Shown piece after piece: positions 26,701-40,407 of a stretch of DNA of 64,000 nucleotides (within the stretch, counting starts at the first letter, position 1; the number at the start of each line of letters is the position of its first letter). The notes beneath the pieces were generated by a model that saw nothing but the letters and a program-made list of their open reading frames with translations, was not told the origin of the DNA and did no database searches. Origin of the DNA: the human T2T-CHM13v2.0 reference genome, Homo sapiens; NCBI GenBank assembly GCA_009914755.4, contig CP086569.2, positions 11,904,001 through 11,968,000 of the forward strand, in the 5' to 3' direction. Position numbers and translations under genes: made by a program.

Positions 26701-29347
26701 ATGGAATTGAATGGAATGTACGTGAAAGGAATGGACAGGAATGGAATGGAATGACATGTAATGGAATCAAAAGGAATGGAATCGAATGAAATGGAATTGA
26801 ATGGAATAGAAAGGAATAGAATGGAATGGAGTTTAATGGAAAGATATTAAAAGTAATGGAATGGAATTGAGTGGACACAAGGGGAATGGACTGGAATGGA
26901 AAGGACTCGAATGAAATGGACCACATTAGAATGGACTCGAATGGAACGGATTGGTGTGGAATGGTCTCGAATGGATGGGAAACGAATGGAATGGAAAAGA
27001 ATAGAATGGAATGTAATCAAATGGAACGAAATGGAATGGAATGGATTCGACTGGAACAGAATTGAATGGAGTGGAATTGAATGGAATGGAAGGCAATCGA
27101 ATGGAAAGGACACGAATGGAATAGAAAGAAATGAAATGGCATAGAATGGAATGGAATGGAATGGAATGGAATGGAATGGCATGGAATGGAATGGAATGGA
27201 ATGGAATGGAATTGAATGAAATGGATTGGAATGGGATGGGCCCAAAAGTAATGGACTAAAATAAAAGGGACTCAAATAGAATGAATTGTAAAGAAACGGT
27301 CTCGAATGTAATTTATTCGAATAGAATGATATTGAATGTTACGCAATAGTATGGAATGGTATCGAATAGAATGGAATGGAATGGAACGGAATGGAGTGCA
27401 TTTGAACGGACTCAAATGCAATAAATTGCACTATAATTGATTCAAATGGAATGGAATCGAATAGAATGTAAACAAATGGAATGGAAGGCAATGCAATGGA
27501 AAGGAATCGAATGAAATGGCATAAATGGGATGGAATCGAATGGAAAGGACGCGAATATAATGGAGTGTCAAGGAAAGGTGTCGAATCGAATTTATTCCAA
27601 TAGAATGGAATCGAATGGAATGCAATACTATTGAATCAAATCGAATGGAATGGAATTGAATGGAATGGACAGGAATGGAATGAACTGGAAGTGAATGGAC
27701 AAGAACATAATATATTGCAATGTAATTTATTCAAATGGAATGGAATGCAATAGAATGGAATGGACGCGATTGCAATGGACTGGAGTGGAATGGACTGAAA
27801 TGGAATTTAAACGAATATAATGCAATGGAACGGAAAGCAAAGGAATCTACCGGAATGGAATCGAACGGAACAGAAAGGAATGGAATGGAATGGAGTGGAA
27901 TGGACTCGAATGGAATGTATTCGAATGTAATGGACCGGAAAGGAATGGAATCCAAAGGAATGGAATTGAATGGAATGAAAAGGAATAGAAAGGAATAGAG
28001 TGTAATTGAATGATATCGAATGGAAGGGAATGGAATGAAGTCGAATGGAATGCACTGGAATGGAATGGACTCAATCAGAACGGACTGGAGAGGAATGTAC
28101 ACAAATGGAATGGAAACGAATGGAATGGAATGAAATGGAATGGAATGCAATGGAATTGAAAGGAACGGAATCAAAAGGAATGGAATGGAATGGATTGGAA
28201 TAGAATGGATTCAAATAAAATAGAATCGATTGGAATGGTATTGAATGGAAGGGACTTGAATGGAATGGAAAGCAATGGAAGATATTGGAATCGAATGGCA
28301 TCGAATGAAATGTAATGGAACGGAATGGAACGGACCCGAATGGAATGGAATGGACTCAAATGTAATGGACTCGAATGGAATCGAATGAAATATAATAGAC
28401 TCGAAAGGAATGGCCTCGAGCGGGATTTATTTGAATAGAATGGAATCAAATGGAATGCAATAGTATGGAATGGAATCGAATGGAATGGAATCGAATGGAA
28501 TGTAATCAAATGGAATGGAACGGAATTCAATATAATGGAGTAGAATGGAATGCATTGGAAAGGAGCAGAGTGGAATCGAGTGGATTGGAATCGAGTGGAA
28601 TGGAATCAAAGGGAACGAAATCGAATTGAATGGACTTGAATGGAATTGAGTCGAAAGGAATTGACTCGAAAGGAATGGACTGGAACAAAAAGGAATCAAA
28701 TGGACAGGAATGGAATGGAATGGACTCGAATGGAATGGAGTCAAATGCAAACGCATCGAATGGAATGGATTCAAATGGAATGCAATTGAATGGAATAGAA
28801 AGGAAGAGAATGTAATTGAGAGTAATGGAAAGATATGGATTGGAATGAAATGGAATGGAAAGGAATTGAATGGAAAGGAATGGACTCGAAAGAAATGGAT
28901 TGGAATGGAATGGTCTCCAATGGAATGGACTGGAGTGGAATGGAATCGAATGGAATGAAAAGAATGGAACGGAATGGAACGGAAAGGAATAGAATGTTAT
29001 GGAATCCGATTGGACAGAATGGAATGGAAAGGAATGGAGTTTCATAAAATGGAGTCGAATAGAGTGGCATCAAAAGGAATGGAATGGAATGGAGTGGACT
29101 CAAAAGGAATGGACTCGAAGGGAATGGAGTCGAAGCAAATTGAATCAAATGGATTGGAGTCGAACAGAATGGAATGGAATGGAATGAACTCGCCTGGATT
29201 AGAGAGGAATGTAAAGGAATAGAATGGAATGTAATCAAATGGATTGCAAGTGAATGGAATCAAAAATAATAGAAAGGAATGGAGTGTAAAGGGATGATAT
29301 GGAGTAAAATGGAATGGAATGGAATTTAATGGAATGGAGTCGAAGGA
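23791..29347 (+). repeat. 5.5-kb HOR copy U3 (5557 bp). Divergent copy immediately downstream of the first 1.378-kb array.
   Basis: Marker at 23791 and 29348. Landmark 'gaattctaattcattc' at 24212-24227. Carries many private variants relative to U4-U7. Confidence 0.8.
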
Positions 29348-32300
29348 ATGGACAGGAATGTAATGGACTCCAATGCAATGGAATGGATCAAAATGGATTT
29401 GAACAGATTGGAATCGAACGGAATGGAATGCAATGGAATGGAATGGACTCGAATGGAGAAGAGACAAATGGAATGGAAACGAATTCAATGGAATTGAAAA
29501 GAATAGAATGGAATGGCGTGTAATGGTAAGATACTAAATGGAATGGAATTGAATGGAATGTAGTGGAATGGACCCAAATGTAATGCACTCGAATGGAATA
29601 TACTCAAATAGAATGGAATCGAAAGGAAAGGTCTCAAATGGAATTTATTCAATACAATGGAATCGAATGGAATGCAATAGAATGGAAAGGAATCGAATGT
29701 AATGGAATCAAATAGAATGGAACAGAATGGAATGGACTGCCATAGAACGGACTGCAGTGTAATGGATTGAATTCTAATTCATTCAAATGGAATGGAATTG
29801 AATGGAATGGAATCCAATGGAATGGATAGGATTGTACTGGAATGGAATAGCATGGAATGCAACGGAGTGGAATGGAGTTGAATGAAGTGGAATGGAATCG
29901 ATTGGAATGGAATCAAATGGAATGGACGGGAATGGAATGGACTGGAAGAGAACAGACTCGAATATAATGGATTGCAATGTAATTGATTCAAATGGAATGG
30001 AATCGAATGGAATGTAATAAAATTGAAGGGATTGGAGTTCAATGCAATGGAATAGAATGGAATGCAAAGGAAAAGAAAGGCACGGAGTGAAATCGAGTGT
30101 AATGGAATCGAATGGAATGAAATCGAATGGAATGGACTCAAAAGAAATGGACGAGGGACAAAACGGAATCGAACTGATTGGAATCGAATGGAACGCAATG
30201 GAATGCAATGGACTCCATTGGATGGGAGTAGAACGGATTGGAATGAAATGGAATGGAAAGGAATAGAATGGAATGGAAAGGAATGGAAGGTAACTGAAAG
30301 ATATCGAACGGATTGGAAAGGAATGGAATGGACGCTAATGGAATGGAATGGAATTCAACAGAAACGAATGGAATGGACTGGAGTGAAATGGAGTCGAATG
30401 TAATTGACTGGAGAGGAATGGACTCGAAAGGAATGGACTCGAATAGAATGGACTGGAATGGATTGTACTCGAATGGAGTGGAAAGGAATAAAATGGATTC
30501 CACCAGATTGGAATGGAACAGAATGTAATGGAATGGAATGGAATGCAATGGAATGGCTCGAATGGAAGGGAGTCGAATGCAATGGAAGGGAAAGGAAAGG
30601 AATTGAATGGAATTGAAAGTAATAGAATTAAAAGGAGTGCAAAGGAAAGATATGGAATGGAATGGATCGAAAAGAAATAGAATGGAATGGACAGGAATGG
30701 AATGGAATAGAATGGAATAGACTGGCGTGCAATTAAAACGAATGGAATGGAAACGAATGGAATGGAATGGAAAGGAATGGAGTAGAATAAATACTATGGA
30801 ATGGAATGGAATGGAATGGAATGGAATGGAATGGAGGCGAAAGGAAAACAATGGAGTGGAATGTCACCGAATGGAATGATATGGAATGGAAAGGAATGGA
30901 TACGAATGGAATGGAATAGAAAGGAACGGAAAGGTAAAGAATGGAATGGAATCGGACAGAATGGAATGTAATGTAATGGAGTCGAATGGAAAATAATCGA
31001 GTAGAATGATATCGAATGGAATGGAATTTTTGGAATGGAATGGAATGGAATGGACTCGAATGGCATGTACTCAAATGGATTAGAATAGAATGGAATGGAA
31101 CTAAACGTAATGAACTCGAATGAATGGACACAAATAGAATGGAAGAGAAAGAAATGGTATTGAACGGATTTTATTCGAATAGAATGGAATTCAATGGAAT
31201 GCAACAGTGTGGCATGGAATCAAATGGAATGGAATCGAATGGAATGGACCCGAGTGGAATGGACTCACATAGAACAGCCTCGAATGTAATGGATGACAAT
31301 GTATTAGATTCGAAAGGACTGAAATCGAATGGAATGTAATCAAATAGAACGGAATTGAATGCATGGAATGGCATAGAAAGTAATGCAATGGAATGGAATA
31401 GACTGGAAAGGAATGGAATCGGATGGAATGTAATGAAATGTAATGGAAGGAATGCTATGGAATGGAATGGAATGGAATACAATGGGACAGTGTATAATGG
31501 AGTGCAATGGATTTAAGTGGAATATAGTCAAAAGGAATGAAATAGAATGGAATTCAATATAATGGAATGGCATCCAATGGCAAGGAATGGAGCGGACTCC
31601 AATGGAAACGACATGAAAGGAATATAGTATAATGGAATGGCATTGAACGAAATGGAATGCAATGGAGTTAAAAGGTAAAATATCGAATGGAAAAGAATTG
31701 AATGGACTCGAATGGAATATAATGGAATGGAATGGACTCGAATGGAATGTACTAGAGTTGAATGGAATCGAATGGAATGGAAAACAATGGAAAGGAAAGG
31801 AAGGGAATTGAAAGGAAAGGAATAGAATGGAATGGAATCGGATGGAACAGAATTGAATGGAATGGAAACTAAAGGAATAGAATAGAAAGGAATGGCATTG
31901 AATGGAATAGAAATGAATGGAATCAGATGGAACAGAAAGGAATGGAATAGAATCGAATGGAATGGCATCGAATGGATTGGAATGGAATGTAATGGAATGG
32001 AATAGAAAGGAATGGAATGGACTCAAATGGAATGTACTCAAATGGAATAGAATAGAATGGAATGGAAGTAAATATAATGGACTCGAGTGGAATGGATTGG
32101 AATAAATTGGAATTGAATATATTGGATTTGAATGGAAAGGAATGGAATGGAATGGAATGGAATGGATTCGAATGGAATGGAACGAATTGGAATGTAATTG
32201 AATGGAGTCGAAAACAGTAGAAAGAAAAGAAGTTTAATCAAATGATATCGAATGGAATTGAATGGAATGTACGTGAATGGAATGGACTGGAATGGAATGG

Positions 32301-34867
32301 AATGACATGTAATGGGAACAAAAGGAATGGAATCGAATGAAATGGAATTGAATGGAATAGAAAGGAATAGAATGAAATGGAGTTTAATGGAAAGATATTA
32401 AAAGTAATGGAATGGAATTGAGTGGACACAAATGGAATGGACTGGAATGGAAAGGACTCGAATGAAATGGACCGCATTAGAATGGACTCGAATGGAACGG
32501 ATTGGTGTGGAATGGTCTCGAATGGATGGGAAACGAATGGAATGGAAAAGAATAGAATGGAATGTAATCAAATGGAACGAAATGGAATGGAATGGATTCG
32601 ACTGGAACAGAATTGAATGGAGTGGAATTGAATACAATGGAATGCAATCGAATGGAATGGACACGAATGGAATAGAATGAAATGAAATAGCATAGAATGG
32701 AATGGAATGGAATGGAATGGAATGGCATGGAATGGAATGGAGTGAAATGGATTGGAATGGGATGGGCCCAAAGTAATGGACTAAAATAAAAGAGACTCAA
32801 ATAGAATGAATTGTAAAGAAACGGTCTCGAATGTAATTTATTCGAATAGAATGATATTGAATGGAATGCAATAGTATGGAATGGTATCGAATAGAATGGA
32901 ATGGAATGGAACTTAATGGAGTGCATTTGAACGGACTCAAATGCAATAAATTGCACTATAATTGATTCAAATGGAATGGAATCGAATAGAATGTAAACAA
33001 ATGGAATGGAAGGCAATGCAATGGAAAGGAATCGAATGAAATGGAATAAATGGGATGGAATCGAATGGAAAGGACGCGAATATAATGGAGTGTTAAGGAA
33101 AGGTCTCGAATCGAATTCATTCCAATAGAATGGAATCGAATGGAATGCAATACTATTGAATCAAATCGAATGGAATGGAATTGAATGGAATGGACAGGAA
33201 TGGAATGAACTGGAAGTGAATGGACAAGAACATAATATATTGCAATGTAATTTATTCAAATGGAATGGAATGCAATAGAATGGAATGGACGCGATTGCAA
33301 TGGACTGGAGTGGAATGGACTGCAATGGAATTTAAACGAATATAATGCAATGGAACGGAAAGCAAAGGAATCTACCGGAATGGAATCGAACGGAACAGAA
33401 AGGAATGGAATGGAATGGAGTGGAATGGACTCGAATGGAATGTATTCAAATGTAATGGACCGGAAAGGAATGGAATCCAAAGGAATGGAATTGAATGGAA
33501 TCAAAAGGAATAGAAAGGAATAGAGTGTAATTGAATGATATCGAATGGAAGGGAATGGAATGAAGTCGAATGGAATGCACTGGAATGGAATGGACTCAAT
33601 CAGAACGGACTGGAGAGGAATGTACACAAATGGAATGGAAACGAATGGAATGGAATGAAATGGAATGGAATGCAATGGAATTGAAAGGAACGGAATCAAA
33701 AGGAATGGAATGGAATGGATTGGAATAGAATGGATTCAAATAAAATAGAATCGATTGGAATGGTATTGAATGGAAGGGACTTGAATGGAATGGAAAGCAA
33801 TGGAAGATATTGGAATCGAATGGCATCGAATGAAATGGAATGGAACGGAATGGAACGGACCCGAATGGAATGGAATGGACTCAAATGTAATGGACTCGAA
33901 TGGAATCGAATGAAATATAATAGACTCGAAAGGAATGGCCTCGAGCGGAATTTATTTGAATAGAATGGAATCAAATGGAATAGAATAGTATTGAATGGAA
34001 TCGAATGGAATGGAATCGAATGGAATGTAATCAAATAGAATGGAATGGAATTCAATATAATGGAGTAGAATGGAATGCATTGGAAAGGAGCAGAGTGGAA
34101 TCGAGTGGATTGGAATCGAGTGGAATGGAATCAAAGGGAACGAAATGGAATTGAATGGACTTGAATGGAATTGAGTCGAAAGGAATTGACTCGAAAGGAA
34201 CGGACTGGAAGGAAAAGGAATCAAATGGACAGGAATGGAATGGAATGGACTCGAATGGATTGGAGTCAAATGCAAACGCATCGAATGGAATGGATTCAAA
34301 TGGAATGCAATTGAATGGAATAGAAAGGAAGAGAATGGAATTGAGAGTAATGGAAAGATATCGATTGGAATGAAATGGAATGGAAAGGAAGTGAATGGAA
34401 AGGAATGGACTCGAAAGAAATGGATTGGAATGGAATGGTCTCCAATGGAATGGACTGGAGTGGAATGGAATCGAATGGAATGAAAAGAATGGAACGGAAT
34501 GGAACGTAAAGGAATAGAATGTTATGGAATCCGATTGGACAGAATGGAATGGAATGGAGTTTCATAAAATGGAGTCGAATAGATTGGCATCAAAAGGAAT
34601 GGAATGGAATGGAGTGGACTCAAAAGGAATGGACTCCAAAGGAATGGAGTCGAAGCAAATTGAATCAAATGGATTGGAGTCGAACAGAATGGAATGGAAT
34701 GGAATGAACTCGACTGGAGTAGAGAGGAATGTAAAGGAATAGAATGGAATGTAATCAAATGGATTGCAAGTGAATGGAATCAAAAATAATAGAAAGGAAT
34801 GGAGTGTAAAGGGATGATATGGAATAAAATGGAATGGAATGGAATTTAATGGAATGGAGTCGAAGGA
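29348..34867 (+). repeat. 5.5-kb HOR copy U4 (5520 bp). A-type member of the ~11-kb dimeric super-repeat.
   Basis: Marker at 29348 and 34868. A-type variants shared with U6: 'ctcgaatggaagggagtcgaatgcaatggaagggaaagg' (~30555), 'atcgaattcattccaatag' (~33105), 'tagaatggaatggaattcaatataatgg' (~34035). Confidence 0.8.
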
Positions 34868-37800
34868 ATGGACAGGAATGTAATGGACTCCAATGGAATG
34901 GAATGGATCAAAATGGATTTGAACAGATTGGAATCGAACGGAATGGAATGCAATGGAATGGAATGGACTCGAAAGGAGAAGAGACAAATGGAATGGAAAC
35001 GAATTCAATGGAATTGAAAAGAATAGAATGGAATGGCCTGTAATGGTAAGATACTAAATGGAATGGAATTGAATGGAATGGAATGGAATGGACCCAAATG
35101 TAATGCACTCGAATGGAATATACTCAAATAGAATGGAATCGAAAGGAAAGGTCTCAAATGGAATTTATTCAATACAATGGAATCGAATGGAATGCAATAG
35201 AATGGAAAGGAATCGAATGTAATGGAATCAAATAGAATGGACCAGAATGGAATGGACTGCCATAGAACGGACTGCAGTTTAATGGATTGAATTCTAATTC
35301 ATTCAAATGGAATGGAATTGAATGGAATGGAATCCAATGGAATGGATAGGATTGTACTGGAATGGAATAGCATGGAATACAACGGAGTGGAATGGAGTTG
35401 AATGAAGTGGAATGGAATCGATTGGAATGGAATCAAATGGAATGGACGGGAATGGAATGGACTGGAAGAGAACAGACTCGAATATAATGGATTGCAATGT
35501 AATTGATTCAAATGGAATGGAATCGAATGGAATGTAATAAAATTGAAGGGACTGGAGTTCAATGCAATGGAATAGAATGGAATGCAAAGGAAACGAAAGG
35601 CACGGAGTGAAATCGAGTGTAATGGAATCGAATGGAATGAAATGGAATGGAATGGACTCAAAAGAAATGGACGAGGGACAAAACGGAATCGAACTGATTG
35701 GAATCGAATGGAACGGAATGGAATGGAATGGACTCCATTGGATGGGAGTAGAACGGATTGGAATGAAATGGAATGGAAAGGAATAGAATGGAATGGAATG
35801 GAATGGAAGATAACGGAAAGATATCGAACGGATTGGAAAGGAATGGAATGGACGCTAATGGAATGGAATGGAACTCAAGAGAAACGAATGGAATGGACTG
35901 GAGTGAAATGGAGTCGAATGTAATTGACTGGAGAGGGATGGACTCGAAAGGAATGGACTCGAATAGAATGGACTGGAATGGATTGTACTCGAATGGAGTG
36001 GAAAGGAATAAAATGGATTCCACCAGATTGGAATGGAACAGAATGTAATGGAATGGAATGGAATGCAATGGAATGGCTCGAGTGGAATGGAGCCGAATGC
36101 AATGGAAGAGAAAGGAAAGGAATTGAATGGAATTGAAAGTAATAGAATTAAAAGGAGTGCAAAGGAAAGATATGGAATGGAATGGATCGAAAAGAAATAG
36201 AATGGAATGGACAGGAATGGAATGGAATAGAATGGAATAGACTGGCGTGCAATTAAAACGAATGGAATGGAAACGAATGGAATGGAATGGAAAGGAATGG
36301 AGTAGAATAAATACTATGGAATGGAATGGAATGGAATGGAATGGAATGGAATGGAATGGAGGCGAAAGGAAAACAATGGAGTGGAATGTCACCGAATGGA
36401 ATGATATGGAATGGAAAGGAATGGATACGAATGGAATGGAATAGAAAGGAACGGAAAGGTAAAGAATGGAATGGAATCGGACAGAATGGAATGTAATGTA
36501 ATGGAGTCGAATGGAAAATAATCGAGTAGAATGATATCGAATGGAATGGAATTTTTGGAATGGAATGGAATGGAATGGACTCGAATGGCATGTACTCAAA
36601 TGGATTAGAATAGAATGGAATGGAACTAAACGTAATGAACTCGAATGAATGGACACAAATAGAATGGAAGAGAAAGAAATGGTATTGAACGGATTTTATT
36701 CGAATAGAATGGAATTCAATGGAATGCAACAGTGTGGCATGGAATCAAATGGAATGGAATCGAATGGAATGGACCCGAGTGGAATGGACTCACATAGAAC
36801 AGCCTCGAATATAATGGATGACAATGTATTAGATTCGAAAGGACTGAAATCGAATGGAATGTAATCAAATAGAACGGAATTGAATGCATGGAATGGCATA
36901 GAAAGTAATGCAATGGAATGGAATAGACTGGAAAGGAATGGAATCGGATGGAATGTAATGAAATGTAATGGAAGGAATGCTATGGAATGGAATGGAATGG
37001 AATACAATGGGACAGTGTATAATGGAGTGCAATGGATTTAAGTGGAATATAGTCAAAAGGAATGAAATAGAATGGAATTCAATATAATGGAATGGCATCC
37101 AATGGCAAGGAATGGAGCGGACTCCAATGGAAACGACATGAAAGGAATATAGTATAATGGAATGGCATTGAACGAAATGGAATGCAATGGAGTTAAAAGG
37201 TAAAATATCGAATGGAAAAGAATTGAATGGACTCGAATGGAATATAATGGAATGGAATGGACTCGAATGGAATGTACTAGAGTTGAATGGAATCGAATGG
37301 AATGGAAAACAATGGAAAGGAAAGGAAGGGAATTGAAAGGAAAGGAATAGAATGGAATGGAATCGGATGGAACAGAATTGAATGGAATGGAAACTAAAGG
37401 AATAGAATAGAAAGGAATGGCATTGAATGGAATAGAAATGAATGGAATCAGATGGAACAGAAAGGAATGGAATAGAATCGAATGGAATGGCATCGAATGG
37501 ATTGGAATGGAATGTAATGGAATGGAATAGAAAGGAATGGAATGGACTCAAATGGAATGTACTCAAATGGAATAGAATAGAATGGAATGGAAGTAAATAT
37601 AATGGACTCGAGTGGAATGGATTGGAATAAATTGGAATTGAATATATTGGATTTGAATGGAAAGGAATGGAATGGAATGGAATGGAATGGAATGGAATGG
37701 AATGGATTCGAATGGAATGGAACGAATTGGAATGTAATTGAATGGAGTCGAAAACAGTAGAAAGAAAAGAAGTTTAATCAAATGATATCGAATGGAATTG

Positions 37801-40407
37801 AATGGAATGTACGTGAATGGAATGGACTGGAATGGAATGGAATGACATGTAATGGGAACAAAAGGAATGGAATCGAATGAAATGGAATTGAATGGAATAG
37901 AAAGGAATAGAATGAAATGGAGTTTAATGGAAAGATATTAAAAGTAATGGAATGGAATTGAGTGGACACAAATGGAATGGACTGGAATGGAAAGGACTCG
38001 AATGAAATGGACCGCATTAGAATGGACTCGAATGGAACGGATTGGTGTGGAATGGTCTCGAATGGATGGGAAACGAATGGAATGGAAAAGAATAGAATGG
38101 AATGTAATCAAATGGAACGAAATGGAATGGAATGGATTCGACTGGAACAGAATTGAATGGAGTGGAATTGAATACAATGGAATGCAATCGAATGGAATGG
38201 ACACGAATGGAATAGAATGAAATGAAATAGCATAGAATGGAATGGAATGGAATGGAATGGAATGGCATGGAATGGAATGGAGTGAAATGGATTGGAATGG
38301 GATGGGCCCAAAGTAATGGACTAAAATAAAAGAGACTCAAATAGAATGAATTGTAAAGAAACGGTCTCGAATGTAATTTATTCGAATAGAATGATATTGA
38401 ATGGAATGCAATAGTATGGAATGGTATCGAATAGAATGGAATGGAATGGAACTTAATGGAGTGCATTTGAACGGACTCAAATGCAATAAATTGCACTATA
38501 ATTGATTCAAATGGAATGGAATCGAATAGAATGTAAACAAATGGAATGGAAGGCAATGCAATGGAAAGGAATCGAATGAAATGGAATAAATGGGATGGAA
38601 TCGAATGGAAAGGACGCGAATATAATGGAGTGTTAAGGAAAGGTCTCGAATCGAATTTATTCCAATAGAATGGAATCGAATGGAATGCAATACTATTGAA
38701 TCAAATCGAATGGAATGGAATTGAATGGAATGGACAGGAATGGAATGAACTGGAAGTGAATGGACAAGAACATAATATATTGCAATGTAATTTATTCAAA
38801 TGGAATGGAATGCAATAGAATGGAATGGACGCGATTGCAATGGACTGGAGTGGAATGGACTGCAATGGAATTTAAACGAATATAATGCAATGGAACGGAA
38901 AGCAAAGGAATCTACCGGAATGGAATCGAACGGAACAGAAAGGAATGGAATGGAATGGAGTGGAATGGACTCGAATGGAATGTATTCAAATGTAATGGAC
39001 CGGAAAGGAATGGAATCCAAAGGAATGGAATTGAATGGAATCAAAAGGAATAGAAAGGAATAGAGTGTAATTGAATGATATCGAATGGAAGGGAATGGAA
39101 TGAAGTCGAATGGAATGCACTGGAATGGAATGGACTCAATCAGAACGGACTGGAGAGGAATGTACACAAATGGAATGGAAACGAATGGAATGGAATGAAA
39201 TGGAATGGAATGCAATGGAATTGAAAGGAACGGAATCAAAAGGAATGGAATGGAATGGATTGGAATAGAATGGATTCAAATAAAATAGAATCGATTGGAA
39301 TGGTATTGAATGGAAGGGACTTGAATGGAATGGAAAGCAATGGAAGATATTGGAATCGAATGGCATCGAATGAAATGGAATGGAACGGAATGGAACGGAC
39401 CCGAATGGAATGGAATGGACTCAAATGTAATGGACTCGAATGGAATCGAATGAAATATAATAGACTCGAAAGGAATGGCCTCGAGCGGAATTTATTTGAA
39501 TAGAATGGAATCAAATGGAATAGAATAGTATTGAATGGAATCGAATGGAATGGAATCGAATGGAATGTAATCAAATAGAATGGAACGGAATTCAATATAA
39601 TGGAGTAGAATGGAATGCATTGGAAAGGAGCAGAGTGGAATCGAGTGGATTGGAATCGAGTGGAATGGAATCAAAGGGAACGAAATGGAATTGAATGGAC
39701 TTGAATGGAATTGAGTCGAAAGGAATTGACTCGAAAGGAACGGACTGGAAGGAAAAGGAATCAAATGGACAGGAATGGAATGGAATGGACTCGAATGGAT
39801 TGGAGTCAAATGCAAACGCATCGAATGGAATGGATTCAAATGGAATGCAATTGAATGGAATAGAAAGGAAGAGAATGGAATTGAGAGTAATGGAAAGATA
39901 TCGATTGGAATGAAATGGAATGGAAAGGAAGTGAATGGAAAGGAATGGACTCGAAAGAAATGGATTGGAATGGAATGGTCTCCAATGGAATGGACTGGAG
40001 TGGAATGGAATCGAATGGAATGAAAAGAATGGAACGGAATGGAACGTAAAGGAATAGAATGTTATGGAATCCGATTGGACAGAATGGAATGGAATGGAGT
40101 TTCATAAAATGGAGTCGAATAGATTGGCATCAAAAGGAATGGAATGGAATGGAGTGGACTCAAAAGGAATGGACTCCAAAGGAATGGAGTCGAAGCAAAT
40201 TGAATCAAATGGATTGGAGTCGAACAGAATGGAATGGAATGGAATGAACTCGACTGGAGTAGAGAGGAATGTAAAGGAATAGAATGGAATGTAATCAAAT
40301 GGATTGCAAGTGAATGGAATCAAAAATAATAGAAAGGAATGGAGTGTAAAGGGATGATATGGAATAAAATGGAATGGAATGGAATTTAATGGAATGGAGT
40401 CGAAGGA
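34868..40407 (+). repeat. 5.5-kb HOR copy U5 (5540 bp). B-type member of the dimeric super-repeat.
   Basis: B-type variants shared with U7: 'ctcgagtggaatggagccgaatgcaatggaagagaaagg' (~36075), 'atcgaatttattccaatag' (~38645), 'tagaatggaacggaattcaatataatgg' (~39575). One extra GGAAT in the run at ~36310. Confidence 0.8.
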
